A stretch of DNA of 64,000 bases, taken from Chiloscyllium plagiosum. Taxonomy: Eukaryota. Numbering within the stretch: the first letter of the stretch is position 1; every line of letters starts with the position of its first letter. Position numbers and translations under genes: made by a program. The notes under the pieces were generated by a model. It did not search any database. It was not told the DNA's origin and saw only the letters and a list, made by a program, of their open reading frames with translations. The DNA lies in contig NC_057751.1 in the NCBI RefSeq assembly GCF_004010195.1, forward strand, positions 19,492,535 through 19,556,534. Direction: 5' to 3'. This document shows positions 14,001-29,000 of the stretch, in pieces.

Positions 14001-17000
14001 CATAGATGTTGAATTTTTACTTTTTTGTGACTGTGCATGAAAGAAAGAAAATCACCTCAAACAACTTAATGCAAAATGGATTACTTTTACAAGGGTTGGG
14101 TGCAGGCACAGATACAATGCTTAAAAGATATTTGGATAAGCTCATGAATAGAAAAGGTTTTGAGGGAGCGGGGCCAAATGCAGGCAGGTGGGGCTAGTTT
14201 AGTGTGCGAACATGATCGATGTGGACTGGTTGAACCAAAGAGTCTGTTTCCATGTTGTATGACTCAATGATCAGTAACTGCTCCGGTGTAGCTAACTGAT
14301 TATTCATTCTATTGGTGGACGATTGTGTGAATGATATTAATGAGTGAAGTTGGAATACAGACATAACACAAGCAGTGATGGATGATCAATTAAGCATTTT
14401 GATGGTGTTGACTGTGGGAGAGGTTACTAAGAGAATTCCCTGCTTTTTTTTAATGGGATCTTTTGCATCCACCAAATTATTTGAAAAAGAGAGGCTATAC
14501 ATTGATGCAAAAATGTAATGAACAGGGTGTAGATGAAAAGTGAAGAGCAGTATATTTAGGGGGGAAATGAAAAATGTCTGTTGTACACTTATGAATAATC
14601 TGAGGTATATTTATACTTCTTAAAAAAACAAATTTTGTTTCTGTCTCTAAACTGTTGGTGTACTTTCCCATTTGAAAATATGTACTTTTAATCAAAAGCA
14701 TATTTTTCTTCTCCCAAACTTCAAGTCGTTAAAGAAAATCAAACGGTCGGACCGCAGGGGGACCGAGTCAGTGACTGAGGAAAAATTTGCTGTTCTATTT
14801 TCTTCTGAACTCAGCATCACAGGCAGTGAAGTGAAATATCACGTTCAGGTATTGGATCATTTGTCAGTAATCGTCATTTTGTAAGTAGTACGGAGAGACT
14901 TTTCAAGAGAATTCTGACAGCGTTAAAGCTGGCTTCTGTATATATTGTCATTTTAAGTACTTTCACATCCTGCACCAATTAAATTAGAGGACGCATGAAC
15001 AGGTTTGCCCTGAGCCATGTAAATACCACTCTAACTGCTATAATTGGTTGTTGGTGTTGCTAAATTGAACAGTTAACTATTCTGTTCCCTTGCATGAATG
15101 TGAACCTGGCATGTAAAGTAACATTTCACTGCATCAGTGCGCGCTGCCCCCAGCCTTAGCAGTTAAAAGGCAATTCATCTGCATTGTGCAGTAATCAAAT
15201 ATTTTGAGTAAATCTCTCAGTAGAAACTGAGGAAGGAGTTTAAAAAGTCAAATGCCAAAGTAAATGCAAATGGGCCAGGAATTTTGTTCCTGGGTCCTGA
15301 TCCCATCCTTGGGATAACATGTAGGTTGGGAACCACAAACACCGGTAGCAGGAATTTTGAAAGAAGTAAGCAATTAAGTGCCTCTCTCCAGAAGTCCATC
15401 CACTTAAAGACAGTGGGTGGGCTCCTGTCTCGTTATGGCCAGTTGGAGATTATCTTCCTGTTAGAGATGGTAGCTCTACTGTTAATGCTGAAGTGTGAAG
15501 GGAGGCATGAGGGGGCCTCCATTCCCAGTCACTAGGTACAAAGAATAAATATGAAGTTTCAAAAGGATTAGGGCACCCTTAGTAATAGCTGCTGCTATTC
15601 TGGCCAATCTTTAGAGGGACGCATATCATGTTGTCAGAATTGGAGGCTCCATTCATCTACCCAACCTGTCATTGGGCGACCATCACCATTTAGAGTCATA
15701 CAGCACAGAAACAGACCCTTGGTCCAACTTGTCCATGCTGACCAGACATCCCAATTTGTCTGAGTCCCATTTGCCAGCATTTGGCCCATGCTTCTCTAAG
15801 CCTTTCCTATTCACATATCCATCCAGATGTCTTTTAAATGTTATAACTGTATCAGCCTCCTCCACTTCCTCTGGCAGGTCATTCTAAACATGCATCACCC
15901 TCTGGGTGAAAAAGTTATCCCTCGGGTCCTTTTTAAATATTTTCCCTCTCACCTTAAATCTGTGCCCTCTAGTTTTGGACTGCCCTACCCTAAGGAAAAG
16001 ATCTTGGCTATTTACACTATCCATGCACCTCACGATTACAGAAACTTCTATAAGATCACTCCTTGGCCTCCAACACTCCATGGAACAAAGCCCTCCCTAT
16101 AACTCAAACCCTTCAGTTCTGGCAACATCCATGTAAATCTTTTCTGTGCCCAAAGCTTTCATAGCTAGCTTCCACGTGTAGCAGGTAACCTGTGCGCTCA
16201 GTCAGTATTAGGAGTGTGCCCAAGGGACTTTAATTGGTTACCTGCCACAGTTGGTGGAATAACCATTCCTTTTCATTATTACACTCCTGGATAATTCCGT
16301 GAAGGTAGGAGCATATTGTAGGGCTGTTTTGACAGGATTCCCTCCCACTTCCAAGCCGTATTTACTGAATGTTTAAATTTGATCTCAAAACGCTGATGAT
16401 GAATGTTGAGGTCCCAGTCCCAGAATGCTGTCATTATAATAATTGTAAGACAACTATTTTGACTGAAGAAAACTGGAGAATAGTTTCAAATGAGCTACCA
16501 AAAACCCAAAACTGTATTTGATTTTAAGCTTTAAATATGTGAAAGGCAAAATATAAAACTAGTTCACCCACATCAGCCTCCTTCTGTGATTATGCCGATA
16601 CCCAAGTAGTGACCATTTGATGCAGGATTCAAGGCAGTTCATCAAACAACACAGTCCTGTGACTTGGCTGTCCAACTTAGACTTGGAAACTACACAAAGC
16701 AACGTGGAATAAGATGAAAGTTGTAACATGTTGAAAGAACAATGATGCAAACAATTGGATGACCTACAAAATCACCCACCACTCCTAGTGACATTGAACC
16801 CAAGCCAAGTATAGAATTTGTTTGCAGATTGGTTCCAAATTTGCACCAACATATTGACACCATGATCCCACATTTAAAATGTGATTTCCTGCAACTTCGT
16901 TACCGAACACAGCTTGGTCAGTACAGAGACACCACCAAAGGTTGGATTTTGTCAGAGAAGTGTCAGCCCCAACTAGAAACTGCAAACCTAGGGTCAGTCC

Positions 17001-20000
17001 CTCCTTAGTTGTTTCAGGGAGCCCCAGCTCCATCAAGGCTCTTGTTTGGCTCCAGTTCCAAAAGCTGTCGGCCACTCGGAAGTTGAGCAGTTCCTGAGTC
17101 CCAGCAGAATGATTGGCCATGGTTGGGACTGCACCCAGCAGAGAGACTCATTGGTGGATGCCAGCCCAACTGCGGGGTAAATGGAGTCAGATAGGCATCA
17201 GTGAGTAAAGGAGCTGTTTTGCAATGGGGAGTAGAGAGAGGAGAGAAATTTGCTGTGAATACTTTACTAGGAAACACTGCATCCCATCTTCCTTGGAAGA
17301 AGGTTGCCAGGGTACTCCAGGCAGACTTCCTGAATAGCAGAAGAATCTCTTTTACTTAAAATGTGCAATTGTATATTTCAAAAAAACTTACGAATAAAGT
17401 ATATTATCCACAAGTAAATACAAGTACAAAACAGGTCTATGCAGAGTTTGCAGTGGGATTTTGACATTCCTTATTTAGAGCTTTGATCCATTGCAGCGAA
17501 AAAGCATTTCTTAATCATGAAAGGAAACTATTTGTATTCCTATTAAGCTGTCGAGGGTACCTCAAAACTTAGCAGACCCTTATTAAATTTTGGCAGAAAA
17601 CCCTTTTGGCTGTGATTTTTCCCAACTGTTTATATACGATTCTGCTATCGAAATAAGGGAGCAGGTTTTAGCAAGGTAAACATAGGGGAAGGTAGCACAC
17701 AATCTCCACTTGCCACAGTAAGGTAAGTAAGGAGAAGGTTAGCAACCCAGTCCTACCTGGCTCTCTTACTACCTTGCTTTAGATCCTGTTGGCATTGGTG
17801 CCTTGTCTTATTTTTACTGGCCCTTGTTTCAAACCAGCTGGAGTTTGGGCAAAAGGAAGTCCAGAGAATTCTAAATGAGGTTTGGGAGTTAAAATTCTAT
17901 CATGATTGGATCAAGGATCTAGAGTTCATATCAAGGTATGGGAGTGAGTTGTGACTTTTCCTGTGACCAAATAAAGTTCAGTAAACTGTTTCCTGTTATG
18001 TTGCAGGCTATATCACTGCCGATTGTCGTAATTGTTCATGGCAGTCAAGACAACAATGCTACTGCTACAATCTTGTGGGACAATGCATTCTCTGAGATTG
18101 TAAGTATGTTTAACTTGAAATATTTTACTTTCAATTTAGAGGTGCAGAGCACGATGAGTAATTGAAGTTTGGCTTTGACATATTCCGCTTATATCTCTTT
18201 AAGACTTCTTTTTAAAAAGTAGCTATGAAGTGCAATTCATGGTGTTGTCACTGAGTCGTGGTGTTAGGTTTAACATGCAAGCCTGGTCAATTCCTAAAGC
18301 TGCTTTTGCTAACTCCTGTCTTTCACCCTATTGCAAACCTTTTGTTCTTGTCTAGCGACCCTTTGATCAAAACCTATTATATTTCCAGCTTAACCTGGTT
18401 TTGATGTAAAGTCACAGCTTGAAAAGTTAATTTGGTTTCTATTCATGTGTGCTGCCGTAACCTTCTGGGTATTTCCAGCATTTTCTGTTTGTTTTTTCCT
18501 TCTTTCGGAATTCCATCATTGACAGTAGTCTGCCTTTTGATCTAGAATCCAGTGTTGTTTTTGTTTTGCAGGAAAGATTGCCATTCCACGTACCAGATCG
18601 AGTGTCATGGTCTCAAATGTGCGAAACCCTCAATATGAAGTTTATGGCAGAAGTACAGTCAACACAGGGCCTGTGCAAAGAGCATTTTGTCTTCCTGGCA
18701 CAGAAAATCTTTGATGAGCAGAGCTACAGCATGGAGGACTTTACCAATCGTATGGTCTCTTGGTCTCAGTTTAACAAGGTAACAACAACTTGTCTAAAAG
18801 TCTGAGTTGTCATGCAGCAATCCTGTTTTGATGTAGCCTGATGTGTTTGGAGTAGTATGATATGAATTGTTACACTAAATTATTATATTTTACTCTGCCA
18901 CATACCCCGAATTAGTTTATGGGGAAATTTTAACCATGGGAGGAAGATGAGATAAAATGACAGGATGTGGGTTTGCTTTGCAATCCCACCGCTTTTAATT
19001 ATCTGTCTTCAGCCTTGAAGGCTACCTGAGCCAGAGGAGTGCTTGTATTTAAGTGGCAGGGTCACATCTCAGTAACAACTTCGGCATGATTTTGGCATTT
19101 TGACTGCATGCCCCAACTACAGGCCACTCTGTTTCTAGCCCAGCAGCAAGGATCCAGGCTGAGGTTTTTGGCTTTCTTCTGTACCAGGAGAATCTCTCAC
19201 TTTGCCCCCATCTGCTGAATTTCCTCCCTGCAATTAAACTCATCCTTTCGATACTCCATGCCCCAGAGGCACTTCATACCCTTCAGGGCAAATAGGTGAT
19301 CTGCTTCCAAGCAGCAGCATTGTGAAACTTAGAAGTATATGACAAGTAACCTGGAATGGATTTTGATTAATTATATGAAAATATCCAGACCTGTAGTTAT
19401 AATCCTCATGTGTCTAGTGATTTTTCAATGACTATGACTCTGTTCTTGATTCCTGCAGGAAAACCTCCCTGGGAGAACCTTTACATTTTGGCAATGGTTT
19501 GATGGTGTGATGGAGCTCACAAAGAAACATCTGAAGGATTACTGGAATAATGGGTAGGAATTTTTAATTGGTATTAGTTGATTGAGCAGCATGTCTGTGT
19601 GGACTGGCAGATGTTAATTTTGGTGTTTGCCTCAAACACCTTTGTTGAAATATAGGTAGTCCTCACTTAAAGCTGTGGTTGTGTTCCTGAGAATCCTGTT
19701 TTTAAGTGAAATTAGTTTAAAGTGGATCATGGGTTCCCCTGGATTTGATGTTAAACTAGTGCTGGGTTTCAGTTGACACTTGCTTGGGAACTAAGTATAG
19801 ATGTTGAAATACTCGATCGTATGTGGGCAACACTGCATTACTGGCTGAAATAACTTGGAAAAAATAAAAACGTTGCCAAATATCACAAAAATGTTGTATT
19901 CATTTACATAACTCTCTCTCTGTTATCACTCCTGAAACTCAGCTCTGTCTGTCTCACTCGCTCTGTCTTTGGTTTGTGTTGAAAGTTCCTTTACAACATG

Positions 20001-23000
20001 GTGCTGAGTAGGTCCTAGCATCAAATGACTCAGACGTACATTGACATACAATGTACTTGAAGTGATGGTAATGAGCAATGACGACATAATCAAAAGAAAT
20101 AATCCTTCAAAATAAAACATTATTCTAATTCTGTGACAGTAAGTGAGGGCAACATTAAATAAGAACTTCCAAACATACAAATGTCATCTTTAGATTTAAC
20201 AAGTAGATTGGAGCATAATTCTGTACTGGTTTTCAAAACCAAATCCCTCGAAAGAGGTGAAGACATGCATTTGAATCTCACTCTGTATCTCTACTGATCA
20301 AATATGATCAGTTGGGCCAGATTGCAGTATAATCAGTCAGTCATTTTCTTGTTGAAGTATATAATTGCATTTTCACAATGAGTTGGACATCTTGTAATTT
20401 GCAGAGAGATGGTGACATTGTAGCTGTCTCATAAAGGTTCAGACTATTTTGGATGTTAAGAATGCTAAATGTGCCTGTTTTCAGCTGCTGATATTCAAAA
20501 TATTGAAGTATTAACAGTTAGAAAAATTCCACTTCCACATTGTCCTACCCAAATATAATGTTGCAAACTAGTATGGGTACAAGAGACTGAAGGATTGTCT
20601 GCCTTGGCTTCTTGCTGCTGTTCTGATCTCTGGGGAGGGATTTCCTGAAGAGTGCATTCACTATACTTGCCTTTTATTTGCAGGTTAATTCTTGGTTTTG
20701 TAAGTAAGCAGTATGCCAACAGACTGCTTAATCAACGAGTAAATGGGACCTTTTTGCTGCGCTTTAGTGACTCTGAGATTGGAGGCATTACAATAGCATG
20801 GATTGATGACACTGAGAAAGGTATCACTTTCTGCTTACAACACTTAAAGATTTATAAATTTTAAATATAATGTATCTATTGGAAAACCTTTGGATATATT
20901 TGCTCAGACATTTTGTTTATTTAACCTATTTTTCTAATCAATCTGTTAGGAGATGTTATTGCACATCTCTGGAGCGGGTGGGATTGAGTCCAGGGGTAAG
21001 GACAATACCACTGCGTCACAAGAGGGCCCATTCATTGATAATAATGGCCCCTCTATTTGATATACTGCAAATCAAAGTGCATTGTGGGGACTGTTTATGA
21101 TTTAGATAATTGGGACATTTTGAAATTTAAATTACAGGTCACAGGAATCCAGGAAGAACATGGACTTCCATAACCAAAAAAAAGTACAGAATGTTTAAGA
21201 GATGTTATTAAGCTGGAGGCAGAACTGAAACAAGCCCGCTAGTCCCTGCATCCTCAACTGACACCATGTCTCTGCATCAATTTCAAACTTGCCATATTTG
21301 AATTCTCCATGGCCTCATTCCCACCATTACTACTTCAAGCTCCTCTAGACCTGTCTCTCTGTTGTTCCAACTTTTCCGTCTGTATCCTTTTCTCTCCATT
21401 CTACTATTGGTGGTCGAACTTAAATGCATATGATCCTGCTGTTCATTCTTGCTACATCTCTCCACCTTCAGAAATAATCTTAAAAGCTACATTTCCAAAA
21501 AAGCCTTCAGTCATTTTCCCTAACTGTGAAGCACTTTGGAAGTGAATATTCCCAGTTAGCGGTTCCGTTCCTAAAAATAAGTGAATGAACGGTTTCCGTG
21601 GGAGTCGGCATGAAAGCTGGAGTTGGATTCTGTAGGTGTGTAAGTTGAAATACTTGGCTGAATGAAATTAAGATAAAATATACAAGAAAAATGTAACTTT
21701 GTACCTAGAGTACATCCTGTTTGCACTTACACAGCACTGTGCTCAAATGTTATTGCTCACGTTTCTGTCACCTCTGTGCTTGCTGAACTGTGAACCCTTT
21801 CTTCTCTACTACCAGCGTATTTTCTCTTTCCGATATCAATGGTTATCAATCGCTGCTCCTTCAGCCAACCTGCAGGGATTTGCTGGAATTCTCTCCCTCA
21901 GCACATCCATTCCTTTAATTGTTGAGTATGAATTCTGACGCTGTGAAAGCGCTGGGCCTTTTATAATTCATGATCTTTTTTTAAACCTGACAAAACTGAT
22001 CCTGACTCTTGCAGCTGATCTTCACTCATGTTGAAACTCTGGCATTAGATCAGGGAAGTCACTTGAAGTCTCGTGCAGCTGGATCCTTGCTATGTACAAA
22101 GATGTTGAGCCACATTGGCTCGAGGGTTGACGAAGCCACTCTGTGATCATGGTGGTAGAACTGCTTGCTGACAGGAGAGCCGCTTTGTGCTTGGTGCACT
22201 CACAGTGACCGAAACTTTGTGATTGATGCGGGTTGGCAGATCATGAAGGAAACATTAAAATGCACCTTGTTATGTTTGAAATTGCAGGTCTCATTAATTA
22301 GTGTTAAAAGAGAATAATGTTAAGTGGGGCAATGTCATATGAGGTCTACCTGTATTTTGTGTTGAAAATACAGCTTTGTGTTGTCATTGGAAACATTTAA
22401 GTGACTCAAGACTAACCAGGTTGCCTTCAGATGAGGTTCCTCCATATACAGTGCTCGGAAGTGAAGACCCATGCAAAAAATATTTTTGAACTAATTATTA
22501 ACTTTTTGTTTGAGCATGCATTCAAGTGTTGAACTGTACAGACAACAACTTGAAGATGTTTCCCATCCAATGTTATGCATTGTTTTGGCCTGATTGTGTT
22601 CTTTGTTATAGGTGGCAGACAGGTGTTCAATGTCCAGCCTTTCACAACAAAGGATTTAACTATTCGATCGCTGGGAGATCGTGTCCGAGATATTGAACGT
22701 TTGCTTCATCTGTATCCCAGCAGACCCAAAGATGAAGCCTTCAAAAAGTACTACACAAGTAGGTACAAAGAGTCTTGTGTTAAGCTGTGTACAATTGGGT
22801 TACAAATCGCTAATTAGTTTACAGTGTGGTTATACTGCAGGGGGATGAGGGCTGCTTTGATATTATTGATGGGAGAACAATGCACAGCTTGCAGCAAACT
22901 CAGCACCTCCTGCTCTACATTGTTCAAAGTGCTGCTTAACAAAGATCTGATGGTTACATTTTTGCTATTAAATTTTAAAGGGCAATTTTTGTTTGATGCA

Positions 23001-26000
23001 TTATTTGGGTGACAACAGGAATTGCAATTGCAGAACGTAATGCTGGCAGTTGGTACGAAGGATTTTTAACGTTGTTCTGGATATAACTTACATCCAGAGC
23101 CTCAACCTGAGCTACAAATCTTTTAATGTTGTACACGAGTTTAAATTGTGAAATATGCAGTTCAAATTGAAAAGTTCCCAGCCTTAAGCAAGATTTTAAC
23201 ACGGTGTGGATATTTTCTAATCAACCTGTTGGGCGATGTTCTTGCCCACCTCTGGAGCATGTGGAACTTGAACTGGGTCTCCTGCCTCAGAGTTAGAGAC
23301 ATTACCACTGCACCACAAGAACCTCATTTTGACAAGGTGTATACTGATGGGAAGTTGGAATTAGTTAAAGGAGCTGAAGCCAGTTCCCCTCTAACTGGGC
23401 CAGGTAGACTGTTAATGTTAGGAGTGTATGAAACTCGCCAACTTCATACTCAAGTGTGACTAGAAATACTGTGCTGGGGGGTTGGGGCAAGAAGGAGGAA
23501 AGATATTCTTTTGCTTTTACTTTTTCTAACAATATCGACCTTCAGGAATTGGCTCTTATAGTACTATAGGCAAAGTTAGTTGGTTATCTGGTAGGCGACT
23601 AAGATTTCTTTTCTCTTCCTAGGTTCAAAATTGTATAGGAACTAGGGTGATAAAATAAAATAGAAAAACTAAACACAACACATAATGGAATACGATAACG
23701 AAGTAGCTAGTTCAAACACAGAACAATAGGATTGCTGATGCTTCACAGCCACAACGTGCAGAAGCTCCTGGATATCCGTTTGATCCAGGACAAACATGTC
23801 CACCGGAAATGTTTGAAGTTTGAGCAGTTTCGGCTCAAGTTGAGTTGGAGGCTGAATATAAACCGGGAAGGGGCAGTTACCTAGATCCTTTGTAACAGGA
23901 GGCAGTTGCAATTCTTAACATGGGGTTTTCTGATTTTGGTCAGTGTCCAAAGAGCAGGAGAGTGTGACTGAGTGTGAGACAAGTAAGGGGATCCAGAGGG
24001 TGTGAATGCAGGAGCTGTGTCTTTGCAAGTGTCGAACCCATCCAAGGTTCTTTCTGCCTGTTTGAATGAGAGTGGGGACTGCACAGTAGATCAACTAACT
24101 GACAATGGAAAGTGGTATAGAAGCATTTAAGGGATGAATGTAGGGACAATATAGTCAGTGATTGATGTCACTCTCAGCAGCAAATAGCATGAGTCCAAAT
24201 GGTTGTATTGCTGCCCAGTGGAAGGCTTCAGGATATCTACTTCGGGCTGGAGAGGAACTTGGAGTGGAAGGGGAAGATTTAGTCATTGTGCTCCATGTAG
24301 GTATCAGTGATGTTGGCAGGACAAAGAATGATGTTCTGCATACTCCGTATGAGAGGCTAAGAACCAAATTAAGAATCTCGAGGTCTTAATCTTTGATTTT
24401 TTTTTCTCCCTGCATTATCAGCTGAGCCATGCTCAAATTAGCATCTGGCAAATCATTATAATCACTGAAACCTGAAACAAGGAGTACCACTCGGCAATTC
24501 AGCCCTTTTTATGCCTGCTCCACTGTCATTTTGATCATTGTTGATCCTCTATCTCAATGCCATATTCCCACTTTCTCTCCATTCCCCTTGATGCCTTTTA
24601 ATATCTTAAAAAGTGATCAATCTCTTTCTTGAATCTACTCAGTGACCGAATCACAGCCTTGTGTAGTAGCAAATTGTGCAGGTTGGCCACCCTCAGAGTG
24701 AAGAAACGTTTCCTCACCTCTGTCCTAAATTGCCTACCTTGTATCCTGAAACTGTGTCCCCTGGTTCTAAGCTCCCCACCCAGGGGGTTACATCCTTGCT
24801 GCATCTAGTCTGACAGCCCTATTAGAATTTTATACATTTCAATCAGATGCCCTCTCATCCTTCTAAACTGTAATGAATACAGGTCAAGTTAAACAAATCT
24901 CTCTTCATAAGACACTCCTACTATCCCTTGGATCAGCCCAGTGAACCTCCCATTGGCAAGTGTACCCTTTCTTAGGTAGAGAGACCAAAATTGCATTTAA
25001 CGCTCTGTGTGTGGTGTCACCAATGCCCTGTCCATCTGCAGTAAGACATCCCTACTTCTGAGAGAGATTAATGTGTGGCTAGTGCGGAAGTAGTAGTTCG
25101 AACATCAAGGGCTGAAGGGCCTGTACTGTGCTATAATGTTCTATGTTCTATGGTTTACAAGGCATTGGCACCAGTATTTGGGATCTGTATCACTGGGACA
25201 GTCTCTATTTGAACTCAGCTGAGCATGCGTTCTTGCGAGTCTTGTGACTAGGGAAGTAGAGATGATTTTAAACTGAGTAGTGGGAGCAAGGGATTGAATT
25301 TGGGAAGATGTGGTAAATCAGAGGGTTAGAGATTAGGCAAATGAGAAAGGTCTTAATACAGGAAATGAGAAACAGACCGTGACAGGAGGGATAAAGAGTA
25401 CAAACTTAAGAGTAAATCAACATTTTAAGGCTAAAGGGAAGCAAAGGGATGTAAGATTATTGGAGTGTGAAAGATTAGCTCATTGAAGCATAGAGGATTC
25501 TTAAGAGTCTTGACAGGGTTAATGCTGAGAGGAAGTTTCCTGTCATGGGAGCTTGTAGGACCAGAGCGCACATCCTCAAAGGGGCACCAGTTTAAGACTG
25601 AGATGGGGAGGAATTTCTTGAGTTGAGAGTCTTTGGATCTCCTTACCACAGAGAGCTGTGAAGCAGGGTCCTTGTATGTATTTAAGGATGAGATCAATTC
25701 CCCAACTGATCAAGAATCTAAGGTTGTGGGGAAAGGGTGGGAAAGTAGACATGAGAACTGTCGGATCAGCCACGATCCTGTTGAATGGAGGAGGGTGGAA
25801 TGGCCTACCCCTGTTCCTGTTTCTTACAGGTAGGTGGGAAGTTTGAATTTGTGGCTGTACTTCGACCAGTCAATTAAATCTTATGAAATAACAGGATAGA
25901 TTTGAGAGACCAAATGGCCTACTTCTCCTAGTCTATATATTCTGAGAGTTTCAAAGCTGGACCTGATTGGTGCACTCATTGGCTCCATGTGAATCAGACG

Positions 26001-29000
26001 TCCTTGCTGATTAGGGAGGATGGAAAGACCGCTAGCTCCTACACTGTGTTGGCTGATGGCTCAGTTATTGGAGGAAGTGGAAAGCGAAGTGTAAATAAAT
26101 GGCAAAATCTGCAGTGTTCCCTTTAAGGATACTGTTTAAGTCAAACCAAATTGTATGGGAGCAACAGGCAGAACAAGCATAGCACATGTTCTGTGTATTA
26201 AGTTCTTGAGGATCAATGATTACAGGGAGAATGGGGATGAGAAACTTATGAGCCAGGATTGAGTGGCGGAGCAGACTGTATGGGCTGAATGGCCTAATTT
26301 CTGCTCCTGTGTATTATGGTCTATTGGCTTATTGAAATTGGCTTGGAATGCCAATTTAAATATTGAAGTAAAGTTCCTGCCTATTTGTCAGGCCACTAAA
26401 TTCATGACCCACTCAAATTAAGTCAGTCATGTAAGGTGCCTCAGATGACCCATGGGTGACATTTGTTTCTTGAAGTATATTTGCTTCCTGCCCCATTTTC
26501 TAGCATAAATAAGCAGTAAGTACATGAAAATTGCCTCCTACGTTTCTCAAAATATTGATTCAATCTCCACTTGCAATATGGTGAATTTAAATCAGAAGTC
26601 AACCAAGTTCCACTGATTCACAAAGTAGGTTATTCATCATTTTTTTTCAGAAAAGAACTCAATACAAAATGAATGAAAATGTCAGCCATTTCTGGGCCTA
26701 CATGTATGGTGACAAATAGTTGATTTCTCACCCTGTTCATTTTCAGTATTTATTGCTTCTGACTTACTTTAAATTATCCTTGTGCCTGTACTGGGTCACA
26801 CTAAACATATGAATTAGGGGCAAGAGTGTGGTTTATAATTGCAATCAATGGCGATAGGACATGGCAGTCAAGACTTTAATCGATGTTGTCAGTTGTTTGG
26901 GGAATTATTTTTTGTAAGGATAAAAACATTGAGGAATTTGGTGCAAAGGCAGATAAATGGAGTTGAAATACAGATCAACCTTGTTCAAAATTGAATTACA
27001 GAGGGTGCAGAGGGCTGAGTGGGTTACTTGGGCTCCTATGTTTCAACATTAATTTGTGTGATTTTTAAATTGCACTCAGAAATTCAGTCAAATGTATGAA
27101 TATCATCCCTGTGTGATTTGATAATGTCTGGTTTACCATTTCAGTGATCAATAGTTTAAAAATCTTTGAAAGACTCTTGGTTTTTGTTGCTGAACATGTT
27201 CAGATTAAACCATCAAAGAATCTTGTTTTATTTTCCACAGAGGAAGTGAAGGGAAAAGATGGGTATCTCCATGCTGGAGTAAAAACTACAGTGAATGGGT
27301 AAGCAAACACAACCATGTGAGGCCTAATTTGTTGACCTTTGCTAATTTTAGTGAGTGAAGTGTACCTGCCCAGAAAATACTTGTAGACTATAAGTCCAAT
27401 TGTCTAAATGTGCACTCATGACAGGAAACCTCAAGTATGCTGCAGAATTATAGGTACACTTCCCATTTCCATCTCTCAAAGTTAACTAACGTTCAGGAAA
27501 TATCTACCTTCTCTGCCTCTTGCTGATATTGTCAGCCATCTCCTGAATCCTATGACTTCTGAAGGTATCAATCACTGACCCAGGGCATTTCTGACCACTT
27601 CCTACTATCACTCATTACCTACATCCATGTACTTCCTGTTTGCCCCCTGGAATAAATTCTTCTCCCTAAACCACTACTAACAGCCTAATCTTTTTGCCTT
27701 CCTTTTGTACTGTGATCCTGTTGCAGCTGTCCATTTGCTAAACCACACTGTCACCTTTATCCTTTGACATTACCTCTTATTTTTAAATAAAAATCTTCAT
27801 AGCTGCCATTCTTGTGGTTCACTCTGATAGGAACAGTAGACCATTTAGCCCGACAAGCCTGTTCTATCATACTAACTGATATCGTAAATCTATTCTTCTA
27901 CTTGAATACTATACCCTTCCCTTTCCAAACTGTTGTCGCCACCCCAGTCAAAAATCCCAATTCTCAACCATTTCTGTCCTTACAAACTAATGTCATGTTA
28001 CCAATGTCCCTTTTACCTCTAAAGTCTTTGCATGTGTTGTCAGCTCCCCAAATGCACATTTAAATCTTTGATTTCCAGCTCTTACCATATCATCAAAAAG
28101 CCTTTTAAGCAAAATTACCAACTACATTCTGTGTAATTGCATCTGTGTTCCTTCCCTCCCATGAACACTCTGCAGCTTTTGACACATTGACAGTGAATGG
28201 CAGGATTCAATGCTGCTTCTCCATAGGCGCTGGCTTTGTTTGATTGCCAGGCTTATTCATCCAAATGGCAGAGAATGATTTTACTTTTCCACTCCCAACG
28301 CCTTTAGACCTTTAGCTGCTACTGTTATCTTGCCTCCCAGGCGAAGACCATTGTGTCTGTTCCGCTACTCAATTAAATCACAGTTGATAAGGACCTCCAT
28401 TCCGTGTGCTCTACCTCTTCACCCCCCCCCCCCCCCAACTCCTATCTCTATCTCACTCTTCCTCCCACCAGTCTTTGCAGTCTTTTTTAATAAGACAGTT
28501 CCAAATTTCCATTATCCTTTGTGTGAAAAGATGCTTCCTGACATCAATCCTGAGTATCCTAAGCGTTAATTTTAAAATATGCTCCCTTGCTGTGGGCCAC
28601 CAAAGGTAATTATTTCTCCCAATCTGCTTTATTGAATCTTTTAACTACTGTAACATTTTGACTGCCTGACCCCCTCTGCTTTCTATGTAAGAAATGTTTC
28701 AAGTCTGTAATTTAACTCTGAGAGTTAAGTGACTGTTATAAATAACTATTAATAGCATCAGCTGAACTTTTCATTGAAATTACGACCCATAATCATTCCA
28801 AAGCTGTTAACTTATTCTTCAGTTGCAAGCCTGCAACAAGTGTAGTCAACAGCATGACTTGATTCATAAGGACATAAGAACCAGTAGTAGGCCATCTGGC
28901 CCATCGAACCTGCTCTGCCATTCAATAAGGTCATGGCTGATTTTTTTGTGGACTCCGCTCCATTTGCCTGCCTTCTCACCGTATCCCTTAATTCCTTTAC

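Noticed and set aside
19651..22354. One DNA transposon whose TIRs enclose the STAT6 SH2 exon (exon capture)
   Set aside because: A second left-end-like sequence at about 21550 indicates two separate same-orientation copies, and the exon is ancient and colinear.
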